63,990 nt of DNA, filler included, from Octopus bimaculoides (GCF_001194135.2; 7 parts of 7 records of this genome joined end to end with filler, not necessarily neighbours in it), one strand, 5' to 3'. Counted from the first letter of the whole stretch, positions 1-13,308 are shown. Numbers and translations are program-made. Notes: generated by a model from the sequence alone, not told the origin.

Positions 1-39
<39 letters not shown>

Positions 40-889
40 GCATATATACATTTACATACAAAATATGAAGTTCAAATGTGATATAAACGACTAGGTACTC
101 TTTGTAAGTGGTGTAACAGATTACTAGGGCTGCAGGTTTATAACCGAGACGGTAGTTATAGAGCGATTGGAGAGTTCCGATATAGCGGATATAGAATTGT
201 TAAAGAGGAAAACAGACGTTGAGGTAAGGTAGACATCTCAAGTCATATACATTATTATCATCGAAAAAAAATCGAAGTCTGACAGCTGTTTCTCAGATAT
301 CCCATAGTATGGGGTATTCAGTAATGGGAGACAAATAGCGAAAATGATAAGGGTATAGATTACGGAATATCCCATACTCTCCGATATTCCAGAAACAGCT
401 GTAAGACTTTGAATTTTTTTCGATGGTAATAATGTATGACTTGAGATGTTTGCCTTGCTTTAATTTGTTTGCCCTCTTTAATAATTATATATACATACAT
501 ACATACATACACACACACACATTTTTNNNNNNNNNNNNNNNNNNNNNNNNNNNNNNNNNNNNNNNNNNNNNNNNNNNNNNNNNNNNNNNNNNNNNNNNNN
601 NNNNNNNNNNNNNNNNNNNNNNNNNNNNNNNNNNNNNNNNNNNNNNNNNNNNNNNNNNNNNNNNNNNNNNNNNNNNNNNNNNNNNNNNNNNNNNNNNNNN
701 NNNNNNNNNNNNNNNNNNNNNNNNNNNNNNNNNNNNNNNNNNNNNNNNNNNNNNNNNNNNNNNNNNNNNNNNNNNNNNNNNNNNNNNNNNNNNNNNNNNN
801 NNNNNNNNNNNNNNNNNNNNNNNNNNNNNNNNNNNNNNNNNNNNNNNNNNNNNNNNNNNNNNNNNNNNNNNNNNNNNNNNNNNNNNNNN

Positions 890-1095
890 GGGCATTACTA
901 TACATAAATGCCTCAGACTAGGAGGGACTCTAAAAGTCAAACTACCATTATAAATAAATTTTTACCGAACGCCAGGTAATGCAATTCTCGAAGCGAGCCT
1001 CCTAAAAACAGACTTAACTGTAAAAATGTGTTTATTATGGTAGTCTGACTTTTAGAGTCCCTCCTAGCGTGAAGCATTTATGTATAGTAATGCCC
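890..1095. mobile_element. ~206-bp MITE, PIF/Harbinger-like
   Basis: Imperfect ~65-bp terminal inverted repeats GGGCATTACTATACATAAATGC... / ...GCATTTATGTATAGTAATGCCC, followed by TTA. GGG termini with a TWA target site fit PIF/Harbinger. The left target site is hidden in an N gap. Confidence 0.6.
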
Positions 1096-1489
1096 TTAAT
1101 ATGTACAAATATATTTATAGGGAATAATTAATAAATTTTTCCCTTATGAGGTTTTTTCATGCTAACTACTTGATAAATTCTTATAAAGATTTTATCCTGT
1201 ACATAAATTATATATATATGTATATATATCGATATCGGGATAAAATTAAGTTATTATAATAGGCTAAAGAAAGAAGAGAGTTAATAAATTTAGAGAAACA
1301 GATTACATTATGTTCTATCCATCTATCTATCTATCTATATATATATATATTTTTAGAAACGTTCTCCCTGTTTTTTTGTGCGGAAAATGTACTAAAGCGC
1401 GTGAGATTGAAAATTCAAATCTAAAAGCGTAGTGGCTATAACAGTCGGAGTAAAACTCATGTTAGCGATTCCAGCCAATTTTTCCAGAC

Positions 1490-2560
1490 AAATTCAAGGA
1501 TTTCTGAATGGAGGAAATGTTCCATTGTGTATGACACTTGGAAAAAACAATACCAGTCTTGTTCCCAGATAAGCAGAAGTGTTGTAAACGTAGGTCAAGG
1601 TGGAGTAAAGATCCGATGTTAATAGATAAGACGTGATTAAAAACTGCAAAAGAAAAATAACTGGAACTAGGAATGGCGTGAATAGACTACAAAAGGAGCT
1701 ATGATATAGTTCATCACAGCCGGAAAGTGAAATGTATGGAGATATTTGGAGTGGCAGAGATGGTACAAAATTTTTTTTTAAATCTGGAAAATGGATTAAC
1801 ATTAAGAGGAAAATCAATGGGCACAGTGATCATTAGAAGAGAAATATTTCAGGGCGGTAGTCACCACTTTTGTTTTTGCTGGTATAAATAACTTTGTCGA
1901 TGGATTTGAGAGATGTTAAACCAGGATATACTTTGAGAAATGGAATGGAAGTAGTTAATCAACTTTTATACATGGGCAATTTGAAGCTTTAGTGGAAAAA
2001 AAAGAAAATCAACATGGGACACTGGTGAACACAGTAAGTATTTGCAGTCGTGACACAGGTATAGAATTTGATTTCAATAAATATGACATTTGACTGTGAA
2101 TAGGGGGAATTTTAAGAAGAATGAAGGACATAAACTGCCAAATTATCAAGGAAGGAAAAGTTTAGAAGAAAGGCAAGGATACAAAGACTCGGAAATTTTG
2201 GAATCACATATGAAAAATATAGAAATGAAGGAAATCATTTAAAATGAGTAGTTCAGAAGGACCAGCTTGATACTGAAATATAAGTTAAATTCGGGAAACG
2301 TTATGAAAGCAATAAAATCAAGGGCTATATCAATTGTGATATATATGGCAGGTTTTGTAAATAGGAACAAAGAGGAATTGTAAGGTATTGATCGAACGAC
2401 AACTCGGAAAATGATAACAATGTTCAAGGCTTGCCTAAAAGGGCAGATGTGGAGAGGGTATACATGAAACGTAAAAATGGAAGGAGGGGAGTGATGAGTA
2501 CTGATGATTGTGTGAAAACGGTAGTGAAAGGACTCAATCAATTTGTCAAGGAAAACGCCG
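1490..2560 (+). mobile_element. Decayed non-LTR retrotransposon reverse transcriptase (YMDDLKL-type, R4/Dong-like)
   Basis: Broken-frame motifs in correct order: MA*IDYKRSYD (~1673), QG..SP.LF (~1850), NQLLYMGNLKL (~1960), DRTTRKMITM...ADVERVYMKRKNGRRG (~2385-2500). Many stops and frameshifts. Clade assignment is tentative. Confidence 0.65.
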
Positions 2561-2803
2561 AAGCAATTTAGCAACAGTGAGCAATGCAAACATACTAGGA
2601 GGGCAAACGAAATACGAAGTACCTAAAAAAGATGTTCTGAAATCAAATACCTCCGAGGTCCACTTTGCATGTCATCATATCACGATCTATAAAGTAAATA
2701 CCAGTCATATATTTGGGTTGATGTAATCGACTTAGCCCTTTCTCACATATTTTCAGGCCTTGTGTCTATAGTAGAATAGAGTATTATTATTATCATCAAC
2801 ATC

Positions 2804-2811
2804 ATTATTGC

Positions 2812-2896
<85 letters not shown>
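2804..2896. repeat. (ATT)n microsatellite at a SINE 3' tail
   Basis: Pure ATT run preceded by TTTCAGGCCTTGTGTCTATAGTAGAA, the same tail seen at ~55887-55920. Confidence 0.9.
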
Positions 2897-3182
2897 ATGG
2901 CGGTGGTAGTTATTAGTATCACACTGCATATTAATAGCTAGCTGCATTGCCAGACAACGTAAATTACGGTGTTTAATGCGATTGGACAATAGAGAATATT
3001 GTTTCACATAATTTCTCTTTGTGTTTTTGTATCCGAATGTTGTCTTTAGAATGTGTTCATCGTTTATTCATACTTTCACTATTATTAAACCAAACAAACA
3101 AATATGCATATACATACACATATACATAACAGATACACACATACACATAATCTCATTACGTGTTTTTATGTTTAAGTATTGT

Positions 3183-3229
<47 letters not shown>

Positions 3230-4196
3230 AAACTCAAACACACGCACATACGTATACATATGTTTCTAAAGGAACCCACCTCATATGTGTATATATNNNN
3301 NNNNNNNNNNNNNNNNNNNNNNNNNNNNNNNNNNNNNNNNNNNNNNNNNNNNNNNNNNNNNNNNNNNNNNNNNNNNNNNNNNNNNNNNNNNNNNNNNNNN
3401 NNNNNNNNNNNNNNNNNNNNNNNNNNNNNNNNNNNNNNNNNNTACATATATATATATATATATAAGAACGTACGTGCACGCATATATGTATGTATATATA
3501 TATATGTATATATTAGCATTGTTTATGACATTACCTACAACCTATGGTTTGTTTTTGTTTCCATGTCTCTTGTTTTTGTTTTTAAAATCCTGAAACAAAC
3601 TTTCTAACCCGAAACTCTGAGGCCATTTTGGAATCTTGCTACTTGACATTTCTCATATATAGGAAATCTGTACCACCTGATAAATCAATAGTAATTGTGG
3701 GATCTTAGCTTTATATAACAGCGCCACTGTGCAGGAATTCATGTGAGCCATAGAAAATAAATAAATAAATGAATAAATAAATAAATGAATAAATAAATAG
3801 ATAAATAAATAAATAAATAAATATATAAGTAGACATCGCCATTTTGTGTCGTGTGTTTGCTTTCGGTTTTCTTGATAATTGTTGATTTTATTCTGAATGT
3901 TCTATAAACAAATGGCTTTTTTTATTGCTCACATTATCTATCTCTTTTGTCTAACTTTCGATCGATCGATGATTTCGGTTCTCTCGACTCTAGCAAATCC
4001 TCTCTGACTCTTTTCTCTCTCCCATTTTTCTCACTCACACTCAAACACAAAACACATACACGTACTTGCACACAAAACACATACACGAAGACACACAATC
4101 ACACATACAGACACACAGACACTGAGGCAGACACAGAAACACACACACACATACACATACAAACACACAGAGTCACATACACGGACGCAGAAACAC

Positions 4197-4238
<42 letters not shown>

Positions 4239-4358
4239 TACTTACAAACGGTATCTTTAAAGATACGTAAATATGCTTTAGTGAGTAAATGGATACGTTC
4301 GTAATACCAATGTGCACACACAGATGCAAAAGAGTGTGTATATGTATATATGTGAATG

Positions 4359-4394
<36 letters not shown>

Positions 4395-4556
4395 TGTATG
4401 TATGTTTGTATAGTCTCTGTCAATGAAATTTGCACACAAGTCATTCGACATTCCGTTTTTATTGCAGAAAAATACCTGCTGATGGTGCAACGCAGTGGAA
4501 CTTAAACTGAAACCATCTACTTGAAAAATGAGTTAATCACACACACACACACATAG

Positions 4557-4589
<33 letters not shown>

Positions 4590-5125
4590 CGTACAAATGT
4601 CTGCAACTATATTTATTGGTAAAAGTTCCAGAAGTGCTTTACATTGAAAGTTGGGTCCTACGCCATGCAAACAGCAAGGCATGTGTCAGTGGCCCCACAT
4701 CTGATGTTACTTTGATTAATGGAACCGTGTATTTCTGTTTTACGTCGGGCATAGTGGAGGAACCACAGCAAAGGAGGAAGGACCGGTGATTTAGACTGTG
4801 ATAGTAAGGGAGATAATCAGTGAACTGTTTGGATTTTGTTCCCTTACATTTTGTAACAGAAATCTATTTGTTTATAGTAAGTGTTATATCTCCACCAAAT
4901 CATGTCACATAATTAAGTTAAGTGTAGGAATTAGATTCTTGAAGGAATTAACCTACTTAAAACGATTACTTTTTTCCGTGTTATTCATTAATAACTCACT
5001 TTTTTAATCATATTCTTATGATTGTAAATACCCAGCTAAGGGCACAAGAAAAGGATAATACTGGACGATTCTGCTACTATGTTGCAGACTCTAGAAGCCA
5101 TCAATTTAAAACCTCACCCAAGGAT

Positions 5126-5162
<37 letters not shown>

Positions 5163-5285
5163 TGTATGTATGTATGCATATGTGTGCGTGTGTATATGTA
5201 TATATGTATATATATATCATATATATGTGTGAATATATATATGAATGCATGCATGTATCCAAGAATATACATATACATACATGCA

Positions 5286-5375
<90 letters not shown>

Positions 5376-5462
5376 GTATATACTATATATATATGTGTGT
5401 GTATATATATATGTATGTACGTATGCATGCATATACCTAAGAATATATATATGTGTATATAT

Positions 5463-5515
<53 letters not shown>

Positions 5516-5699
5516 CGTGTGTGTGTGTGTGTGCGTGTGTGTGTGTGTGTGTGTGTGCATGTATGCATGTATATACAAACGCGTGAGAGAGATAATTAGG
5601 TAACTTGCTCTGACAATTTCTACAAATTAATTCCTATAAGAGAGAGAGAGAGAGATAAATAAATAAACAGACAATCAGACAGGTAGACAGATAGGTAGA

Positions 5700-5727
5700 C
5701 AGACAGACAGATAAATAGATAGATAGG

Positions 5728-5780
<53 letters not shown>
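5700..5780. repeat. (GATA)n/(GACA)n microsatellite
   Basis: Visible tandem tetranucleotide run. Confidence 0.9.
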
Positions 5781-7821
5781 CCGTCTCACTACATAAATAT
5801 CCGTCTCGCTACATAAATATTACCTTTGAACATGTCATAGTGTCTTCCATATCTATATTTGAGTGATCGGACGACACTTCTGCTTCCCACTCACTCTTTC
5901 CTATCCTATATTCCGTGACCTTCTACAGAGTTTATCAGAGCAATGTTCAATATATGCTTATTAAACAAATTCCCAATAGGGATTTTCTTAATACATACAC
6001 ACATGGCACATAGCTCTCTCTATGTCTCTTTCTCTCTCTCCGTCTCACTCTCTCTCTCTCTCTCGCTCTGCTTCCTTCGAGTCAATCCTTCTGTCAGTGT
6101 GTGTATTTTATCCATTCTTCTCAAATTGCATTATCTCACCATGTCACATTTGCTCTCCTTACAAACTATATTCAGTTTGTTTTTGTATTTCTTTTCATCA
6201 ATCTCTGTGTGCACGTCCCAGTTGAAATTTATGCTCCATTACTTCTTAGTTTCCAAGAGAATTCAATTTACTGACTGTTTTGCTTTGGCGTATCTTATCC
6301 AGGCAAGCAATAAATTTCCATTAATATCATTGTCTTCTATTTTTTTCCCACAAGTTTTACTATTCCTGCATGCTTTATTGCATAATGGGGAGTATGGGAT
6401 ATCATTTCTATTCTCCCTTCTTTTACTGAATCAAAAATAAGCTTCTGCAAGATATGAGTAGTGTTTAATGCTGATATTTTTTTTTAGTAAGAAATAGAAG
6501 TTTCACTATATATTTCGCCGCTTCATTGCTATCATACGTGTGACGACTAATATTAGAATGATCATTTATTTTCAATCACCCCCTTTTGATAGATTTCCAT
6601 TTCCTGATTTTCACATCTGGATAATATATGATGTTACTGATGTTACGTTTTAAAAATATTTTCTAAGAAGTCGAGAGTGTAGGTCAATAGCCAACTGTTT
6701 TGCATAGACATTGATACATTTAAAGGAAATAGAAGAAATCGTAAATCGTCTTTTCCTACTGTAGGAAGATGTTCCGCAATGTTATAGAGCTACGCCCCTG
6801 ACAGATAACTTGCCTAGACGCAAAGGGGAAATTCGGCTGAGTCAAAGGATCCCGGTTAAAGGGTGATAGTGTTAACGTGGGTATCGGACTACATACGAAA
6901 TTCAAGATAACTTATAACGAAATGACAAGCTTAGGCGCATATTCTGTTCACCAAATCTCATTCAAACTGCATGATTGAAGCTGATTTAATCATTGACAAT
7001 ACAATCAAAACGAACCTCGGAGATTTTAGTGAGAATATTTTAATTACGACACCTTATCTACGCCTATTTTAGAGATATACTACATAATAGGGAGTATATT
7101 GATATAACGGTTTCTCCGACTACATTACAAAACTGTAGACATATAGCCATTGTTTTAATATTTTTAAAAACGAAACAAACATATAAAAAGAAAATCTATA
7201 CATAAACTTGATAAAATCATAAACAAAAAAATGATTTTTTACGTATTACTAAGCTGTTACAGTTCAAGGTTGATCCATTCATTTAAAAATGAAACCCACT
7301 CTTCTTGTTTTACTTTGAGCGAACAGGTTAATAATTTTCTCCTTGATCCCTGGATGTATCAATGTCGCGGAGGTGGTGAAAATTACCATAATATCAGCAC
7401 CATTCAGTGTTTAGTCATAAGCGAATTTAGGTTAGGTAAAATATGTTTGTGACATAGTTCAACTGTAGAAAAGCAAATTCACTGCAGTTCCCTAAAGTTC
7501 GCTTATACCTAAACTCTGCTTGGCGCTGATATTAGAGTGATTTCCGTGACCTCAGTGGTCTACTGGCGTAAATTTGTCAATGATATTGTTAAAATTTGTC
7601 CAGAGTTGCCTCTTTTAAGTATTTCCCATTGATAACGGATGGGGAGCTAGATACATCGATGTCTAGAAATCTGACAGGTGATGGTGGATAGAAATGGTGT
7701 TTTTACAAAGTTTGACCATAATATAAGAGAGAATTTTTCTACACGGTAACTGCCGTGAATTTGTCCTTTAGCAGTTGAAATGTGTCACAAGCATGCTATA
7801 ACTAATCTATAGTTCATGTGT

Positions 7822-7915
<94 letters not shown>

Positions 7916-7924
7916 AAACGTCGC

Positions 7925-8471
7925 AAGTGACAAGGGTACGACGTAGTACCAGCATTGTAAGAAATAAGAGTCAAAACAACTCTTTAGGCACGCAAAGCAC
8001 TATCTTAGAAAGTTGACGAGGAAAACAGAGCTCCCTACTTTAGTGAGACAAAGCACCCTACAGAAGTAACAGATATACCCATGTCACATGATAACGAATT
8101 CTGATGCATAGCATCTCAATTTTCGTCAGGAGAACTCAACCGTAGGTTAAGTTCTGCTCGCCTCGTCAAGTTATAAGAAAAATCGTGAAAGCATGTGCTG
8201 TTTCAAAACGGTAGCCGTGTATACTATAAATAATTTAGGTGGCTTATTAGCAATTTAAATCCTAAAGGCAAATTTATAAACGCCACTAAAGTAACAAGGG
8301 AACAAAGCAGTACCAGCATTGCTAGAAATAAGAGTCAATACACAACTCATTAGCCACAAAATGCACTCTCTTAGTAAGTCGACGAGGGAAACAGAGCTCC
8401 TTACTAAAGCAGCAGATATGCCCATATCACGTGATTTCGAATTCTAATGCATAGCATCTCAATACTCGTCA
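7925..8471. repeat. Two diverged ~190-bp direct repeats (7925-8128, 8289-8471)
   Basis: Shared blocks AGTACCAGCATTG.AGAAATAAGAGTCAA, GACGAGG.AAACAGAGCTCC and GAATTCT.ATGCATAGCATCTCAAT. Confidence 0.8.
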
Positions 8472-8489
8472 TTGAAACTTACTCTCTGA

Positions 8490-10261
8490 AATAGTGTAAG
8501 GGTGCTCGCGGGGGTCTGTATAGCCCAATGACAGACATGTCTTTAGCTTTGTTATGTAAAGAGACTGATTCGCAGTAGCCGTTGGAGAAAAGGTTCTTGG
8601 CATCTGCGCTGAAAGAATCATCGAAAAAAAACAGCAACTCCACCCTTTCTTCGGCCTGTCTGATCGGTGCGAATGGCAGTGAAATCTCTGATTTTCGGTT
8701 CAACCTCTAAGTGACGGCCGTTTAGTTGGGTCTCAGTTAGCACAAAGAAAGGGATTGGACGTGAGTGTGCTGCAATCCATCCCTCAATGTAGGGTATTTT
8801 CCATTTATGATCCTTGATGGCAGGTTGTTACCTTGGGCATAAAGAAAGAATGTCGTTGTTAAGGCAGCAGCTTCGTTGCGTTTCTTCAGGATTCACACAT
8901 CATGTTTGTTGTTGTTGCTACTCCGTGGCAGTAGCAAGGGTTTTTTTTTTGTGTTTGCGTTGGGTTGGTAGCAGAGGTTGAATACTTCTCTGGATTTCTT
9001 TCGCCAGGTTCAACACGGCTAAAAAAGAAGTTTGGTTTCTCGAGTCACTGCAATTGTTGCACTGCTGGATGCGGTCGCAAATAACGTTATTACATATTTT
9101 TTTTCGGCTTGGTTTTCTGTTCCACGGTTTATGTGGGTGAAAGGAAACATTTTTGCCACAGTATGTGATACAGTTATTGTGGTGATTGGACTTTGTGGAG
9201 TTGGGATAAGGAGCAGGTTTGGCGTGGTTGAATTTATCTGGGGTGGGGAGCACTCATGATATTACCACTTTTCTTAGTGCCACTATATTTACTAATGGAG
9301 TGTCTAGTTCCCTTGTAGGTGGGTAAAAGGGCAGCTTTGTTGCAAACATATTCTCTCATAAAGAGAATAGCGGTAGATACTGGGATTCCGTTTTCTTTGT
9401 GTAAGAGAAGTGTGATGTGGTTGTCTGTTCATGGATGTTCCATAGTTGATGAGTGTAGTTCTTGGGAAGTGAGTGAAAAGACAGTCTTACCGCAAACACA
9501 TCCTCTCACAGAGGGAATAATGGAGGATTTGGGGGTTTCGATTTGTTTGTGAGGTCGGGATATGTGTCAACTGTTTGTTTACGGAAGATTTAGAGGTGAA
9601 TTATTCTGGGAATGATGTGGTAAGGGCTGTTCCTGGTGAACTTGGTTGGGCTGAGATGTTAGTCATCCTATTTCTGGGTTGTAACTGTGAAGGACTAGTA
9701 AGGGTGTGGTGAGATGGTAGTAGTAGCTGATGATGACGATGGTGACGGCGACGGAGCTTGCACCGATGATAATGGTGGTGGTGCAGCTGGTGGTGACGAT
9801 GGCGATGGCAGCGATATTGCTTGTGATGATGATGATGGTGATGGCAGTGGTGTTGTTCGTGATGATAATTGTGATGATAGTGATGTTGCTGGTGATGGGT
9901 ATGAGGTACTGGTTGCCATGGTAATCATGGATTTATCTGATTTTGGTATGTGGGCATTAGTAGGTTGGACAGTTAACAGGTCAGTAGCGGTAGATTGTTT
10001 TCGTTTAATAGAATCGGCGAATATTAAGTAGAGTATTGTAAGAAGCTCCTTAACGAGGTAGAATAATTTCTAAATATGCTTTAATTTAGATTCCACTTGT
10101 TTTGCTGTTCGATTGTCAAAAAGTGGGACAATTTTAGAAGCAACGTCACTGATGCATGACGCTTGTGTGTTGGCTTTTTGTGAAAAGTCAAGCCAGATGT
10201 TGAGTAGAATAGCAATTTCACTCTCTGTCCAGTGAAGCTTCTTTTGGGCTATTTTTCTCAT
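8490..10261 (-). mobile_element. Decayed LINE-like element: Myb/SANT-like ORF1 remnant followed by an APE endonuclease remnant
   Basis: 10261-10070 encodes WTESEIAILLNIW...RTAKQVESKLKHI (Myb/SANT-like). The same frame continues past one stop into a Ser/Pro/Thr-rich tract (9928-9695). 8703-8479 encodes SVIGLYRPP, an APE-type YRPP motif. That these belong to one element is inferred from strand and order. Confidence 0.5.
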
Positions 10262-11978
10262 GGTGATAGTAGTTGCTGTCTTTTCTTTCGTTCGTTTTGC
10301 TAGTCAATAACTTAGTTGGATTCTCTTTTTTGTTCTTTTTTTCCTCCATGTGATGGAGAAAAAAATAATTTTGAAAGTGAAAGGTGTTTGAGTTTTGCGA
10401 AATTATGTGATAATTTAACAGGATCTAGTCTTTTTCATTCGCAAAATGAGCTCCCTTTAATTTTGCTCACCTTGCATTCAATTTTGGTGTATTAATGCAA
10501 CTCTGAATTTTCATTACGATCAACCAATTACCTTCTTTATCTCGTAAATTAAGGAATCTGATGTTATTTCGAATTAAATTTGGGGAATTTGGGTAATTTT
10601 AGCCAGTCAACAGACAGCGATGACAACCGCAAGTTGTGTCGTGTTCCACCCTCATGTTGTGTTGATTCTTCACACCACGAGATTTACCTCACCCGCTTGT
10701 TTTATTTCAATAAAAATTTATATTTAACAAACCAAATTTTATTATCGATATTTTTCGTCAATTGTCTTAATATATTACATATTTTTCATATATAGCAAAA
10801 GTTGTTTGCAACGTTTATACAGATTTTGGCATTATGAAGATGGATGGAATATGTGAACTTAGTACAGATAATTTGACAAAATTTTAAAATTCTGCATGAA
10901 AAAACATTTAAGGGAGAGGAATTCCTTTTCTTGGGACAAGTTATTTGTTGACCATTGTTATTCTTATCGTAGTTTACAAATCCAAGCATGAAAACGTTAT
11001 TCAACTTTGAAGTTTTGGAGACTTTCACATACACAAACACACAATGCACTTATATATTAACGATGTACAAAAGAACATGACAGGTATACATAATACTGAA
11101 ATACGCATAAAGTCAACAAATGAAGACAAATATATTAATATAACAAATTTTAAAAATAATAAAAACAATCAATGAAGAAACAAAAGAAACAGTAAGATGA
11201 TACATTTTGATTTTACTGGGTATTTCTGTTTATTTAGAAGCCTACAATGGAGAGGTCATTTCACAGACGCTAAACAATACATTTCAAAAGGTACAACCTT
11301 AAAGTTGACATTGCTCAGCTAAACGCAGAAAATGTCTGTCTCACTATTGGCTAAAAAGACAGTTTTTTTCGATTTTTAAACCTCTGCAAGTTTTTCCTCC
11401 AATCTTTTCTTCTTCAGAACGTCATACCTTCATAGCAAATAGACTAGAAAACTAAATTATTATAGCCGATTCCCAGATTTTTTACTGTCTTTTAAAAACA
11501 TGCATATTTTGCGAATGAAAAAAAATCTAGGTTCGATAATATATTTGTTTATTGAATTCTAAAAAGCTCAATTTAAAAGAAAATAATGCTTTCAAATCAT
11601 GGAATTAAATCCATCAGTTCCAGATCGAAATGGTACATTGTACTGCTGTATACATTCAAAATAGACTCACAAATAATTATTCCCCATTTAAGTTAGTGAA
11701 AAGATATTAAGATATGGAAAAGTTTTAAGAGGACACACTTTTTTCTTTTAAAAACAGATGCATTTGTGCTACCTAAAATACCTATTTTTTATTAGATGCG
11801 TGTGACAATAAGAGAAATATAAGATGACTTTAAAGTATATTGGTTTTGGCTTGAAAACAAAGGATTATATATTTTTTTTAATTTTCGACTTTTTTCACTC
11901 ATACGCATGTATGTATATAAGTATATATATATAACGCACTATATATTTATCTATCTATCATGCTTCTTCATACGATTA

Positions 11979-12033
<55 letters not shown>

Positions 12034-12916
12034 GTTGTTGTTGTTGTTTTTGTTGTTGTTGTTGTTGCTGTTGATTTCGATCATGGTGGATGTCGGAATA
12101 ATTAGTGCACTGTGGAATCGTGTCAAAATACAATTTTACTAGGAAAAAAAAAAAAAGAAGTCATTATATTAAAATGCTTTAGAGGTAAAATAAATTGAAA
12201 CTTCATATATTTTTTTCTTGGAAGAAGCACTGAATATAATTTACAATTCTAATCAACTCACAACGATATGAAAAAAGAAATGCAGCATGAGTTGAAAAAG
12301 TGCAAATAATCCATAGTTGTAGAATGGAAAATATGCGTCATGAAAATCAATCAGCAAAACATATTTCCTGAAATAGGATTCACACATCCAAACAAACATT
12401 TCCAAATAATGACATTGTTCTATGCGGTATTTATAAAGAATGGATAGTAAAAGTTTAGTATAATTTACGTTTTATCTGTTACTTGTTTCATTCATTGGAC
12501 TGCGGCCATGCTAGAGTATTGCCTTGAAGAGTGAATTACAACAAATTGACACGACCATTAATTTTCTTAAAGTTTGCTACTTAGTCTATGGAAATCTTTT
12601 GCACAAACGGTACGTCATCTGGATCTTAACAAACCGGCATCACTTATCAAGCAGCAGTAATGGGGCCAAACACACCACAAACTCAAATACATGCAAACAC
12701 ATACACGCATGTACACACACTCACACATAGATTTTAACACAAAGATATCAACAGCTTTTATGTCTTTAACTCACTGGATAATGATATAGTTTTGCTTAAA
12801 GCACGGTACAAAGTATGTCATCTTTATCAGTCAATCTTTCTTTGTGATCCTGCATTATGCTCCCTATATTTTATCTTCTGCAGCCAAAGGAAACTGTCGA
12901 ATTTCAATAATGAATT

Positions 12917-13075
12917 GAACTCAGAATCTTGGGGTCAATAGCCCGCGCTCTTAACCACTACGCCATATGCTCGTGGTTCGAAATTTCCCCAAGACACCTG
13001 ATAAAGGCTGGAGGGTATATCAGCCGAAACGTTGTGTTAACAACAAACAAGATGAGGACAAATATCCGTCGAATG
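12917..13075 (+). mobile_element. Penelope-type terminal repeat fragment with an inverted 5' part
   Basis: 12917-12976 is the reverse complement of 26688-26747. 12975-13075 matches 26834-26935 in forward orientation. Confidence 0.8.
12993..13038 (+). ncRNA. Minimal type I hammerhead ribozyme, core mutated (CUGAUAA), probably inactive
   Basis: GACAC-CTGATAA-A-GGCTG-loop-CAGCC-GAAA-CG-TT-GTGTT. Same family as 26852-26897 but the conserved G8 is A. Confidence 0.6.
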
Positions 13076-13308
13076 TGTGGTGTGTGCGTACGAGTAGATG
13101 TAATCGCCTTACCTCGGTTTTCCTTTCGTCGACTGCGAGTCTGTCTTGCGGTATCCAATCCTTGAAGCTTGCCCCGACCCAAAGAACACCAGGAATAGCA
13201 GCTGCTTCTCCCAAACCTAGACCGTCACTAGACACGTCTTGTCCTATCCGCGACCCCGTTCGAAAAAGGGCACGAATCCCGATCGAGGCTCCCTCTGCCC
13301 TTTTTTCT
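13076..13308 (-). mobile_element. Gypsy-type LTR fragment inserted into the PLE terminal repeat
   Basis: Terminus TGTGGTGT matches the LTR terminus at 34780. Internal blocks CAAGACGTGT and GTCGAC...AGGTAAGG resemble 34945-35005. Cut by the spacer. Confidence 0.5.

Noticed and set aside
7320-7800. Possible further PLE RT relic on the minus strand (VRFLDIDV)
   Set aside because: Only one short motif is recognisable; too decayed to support.
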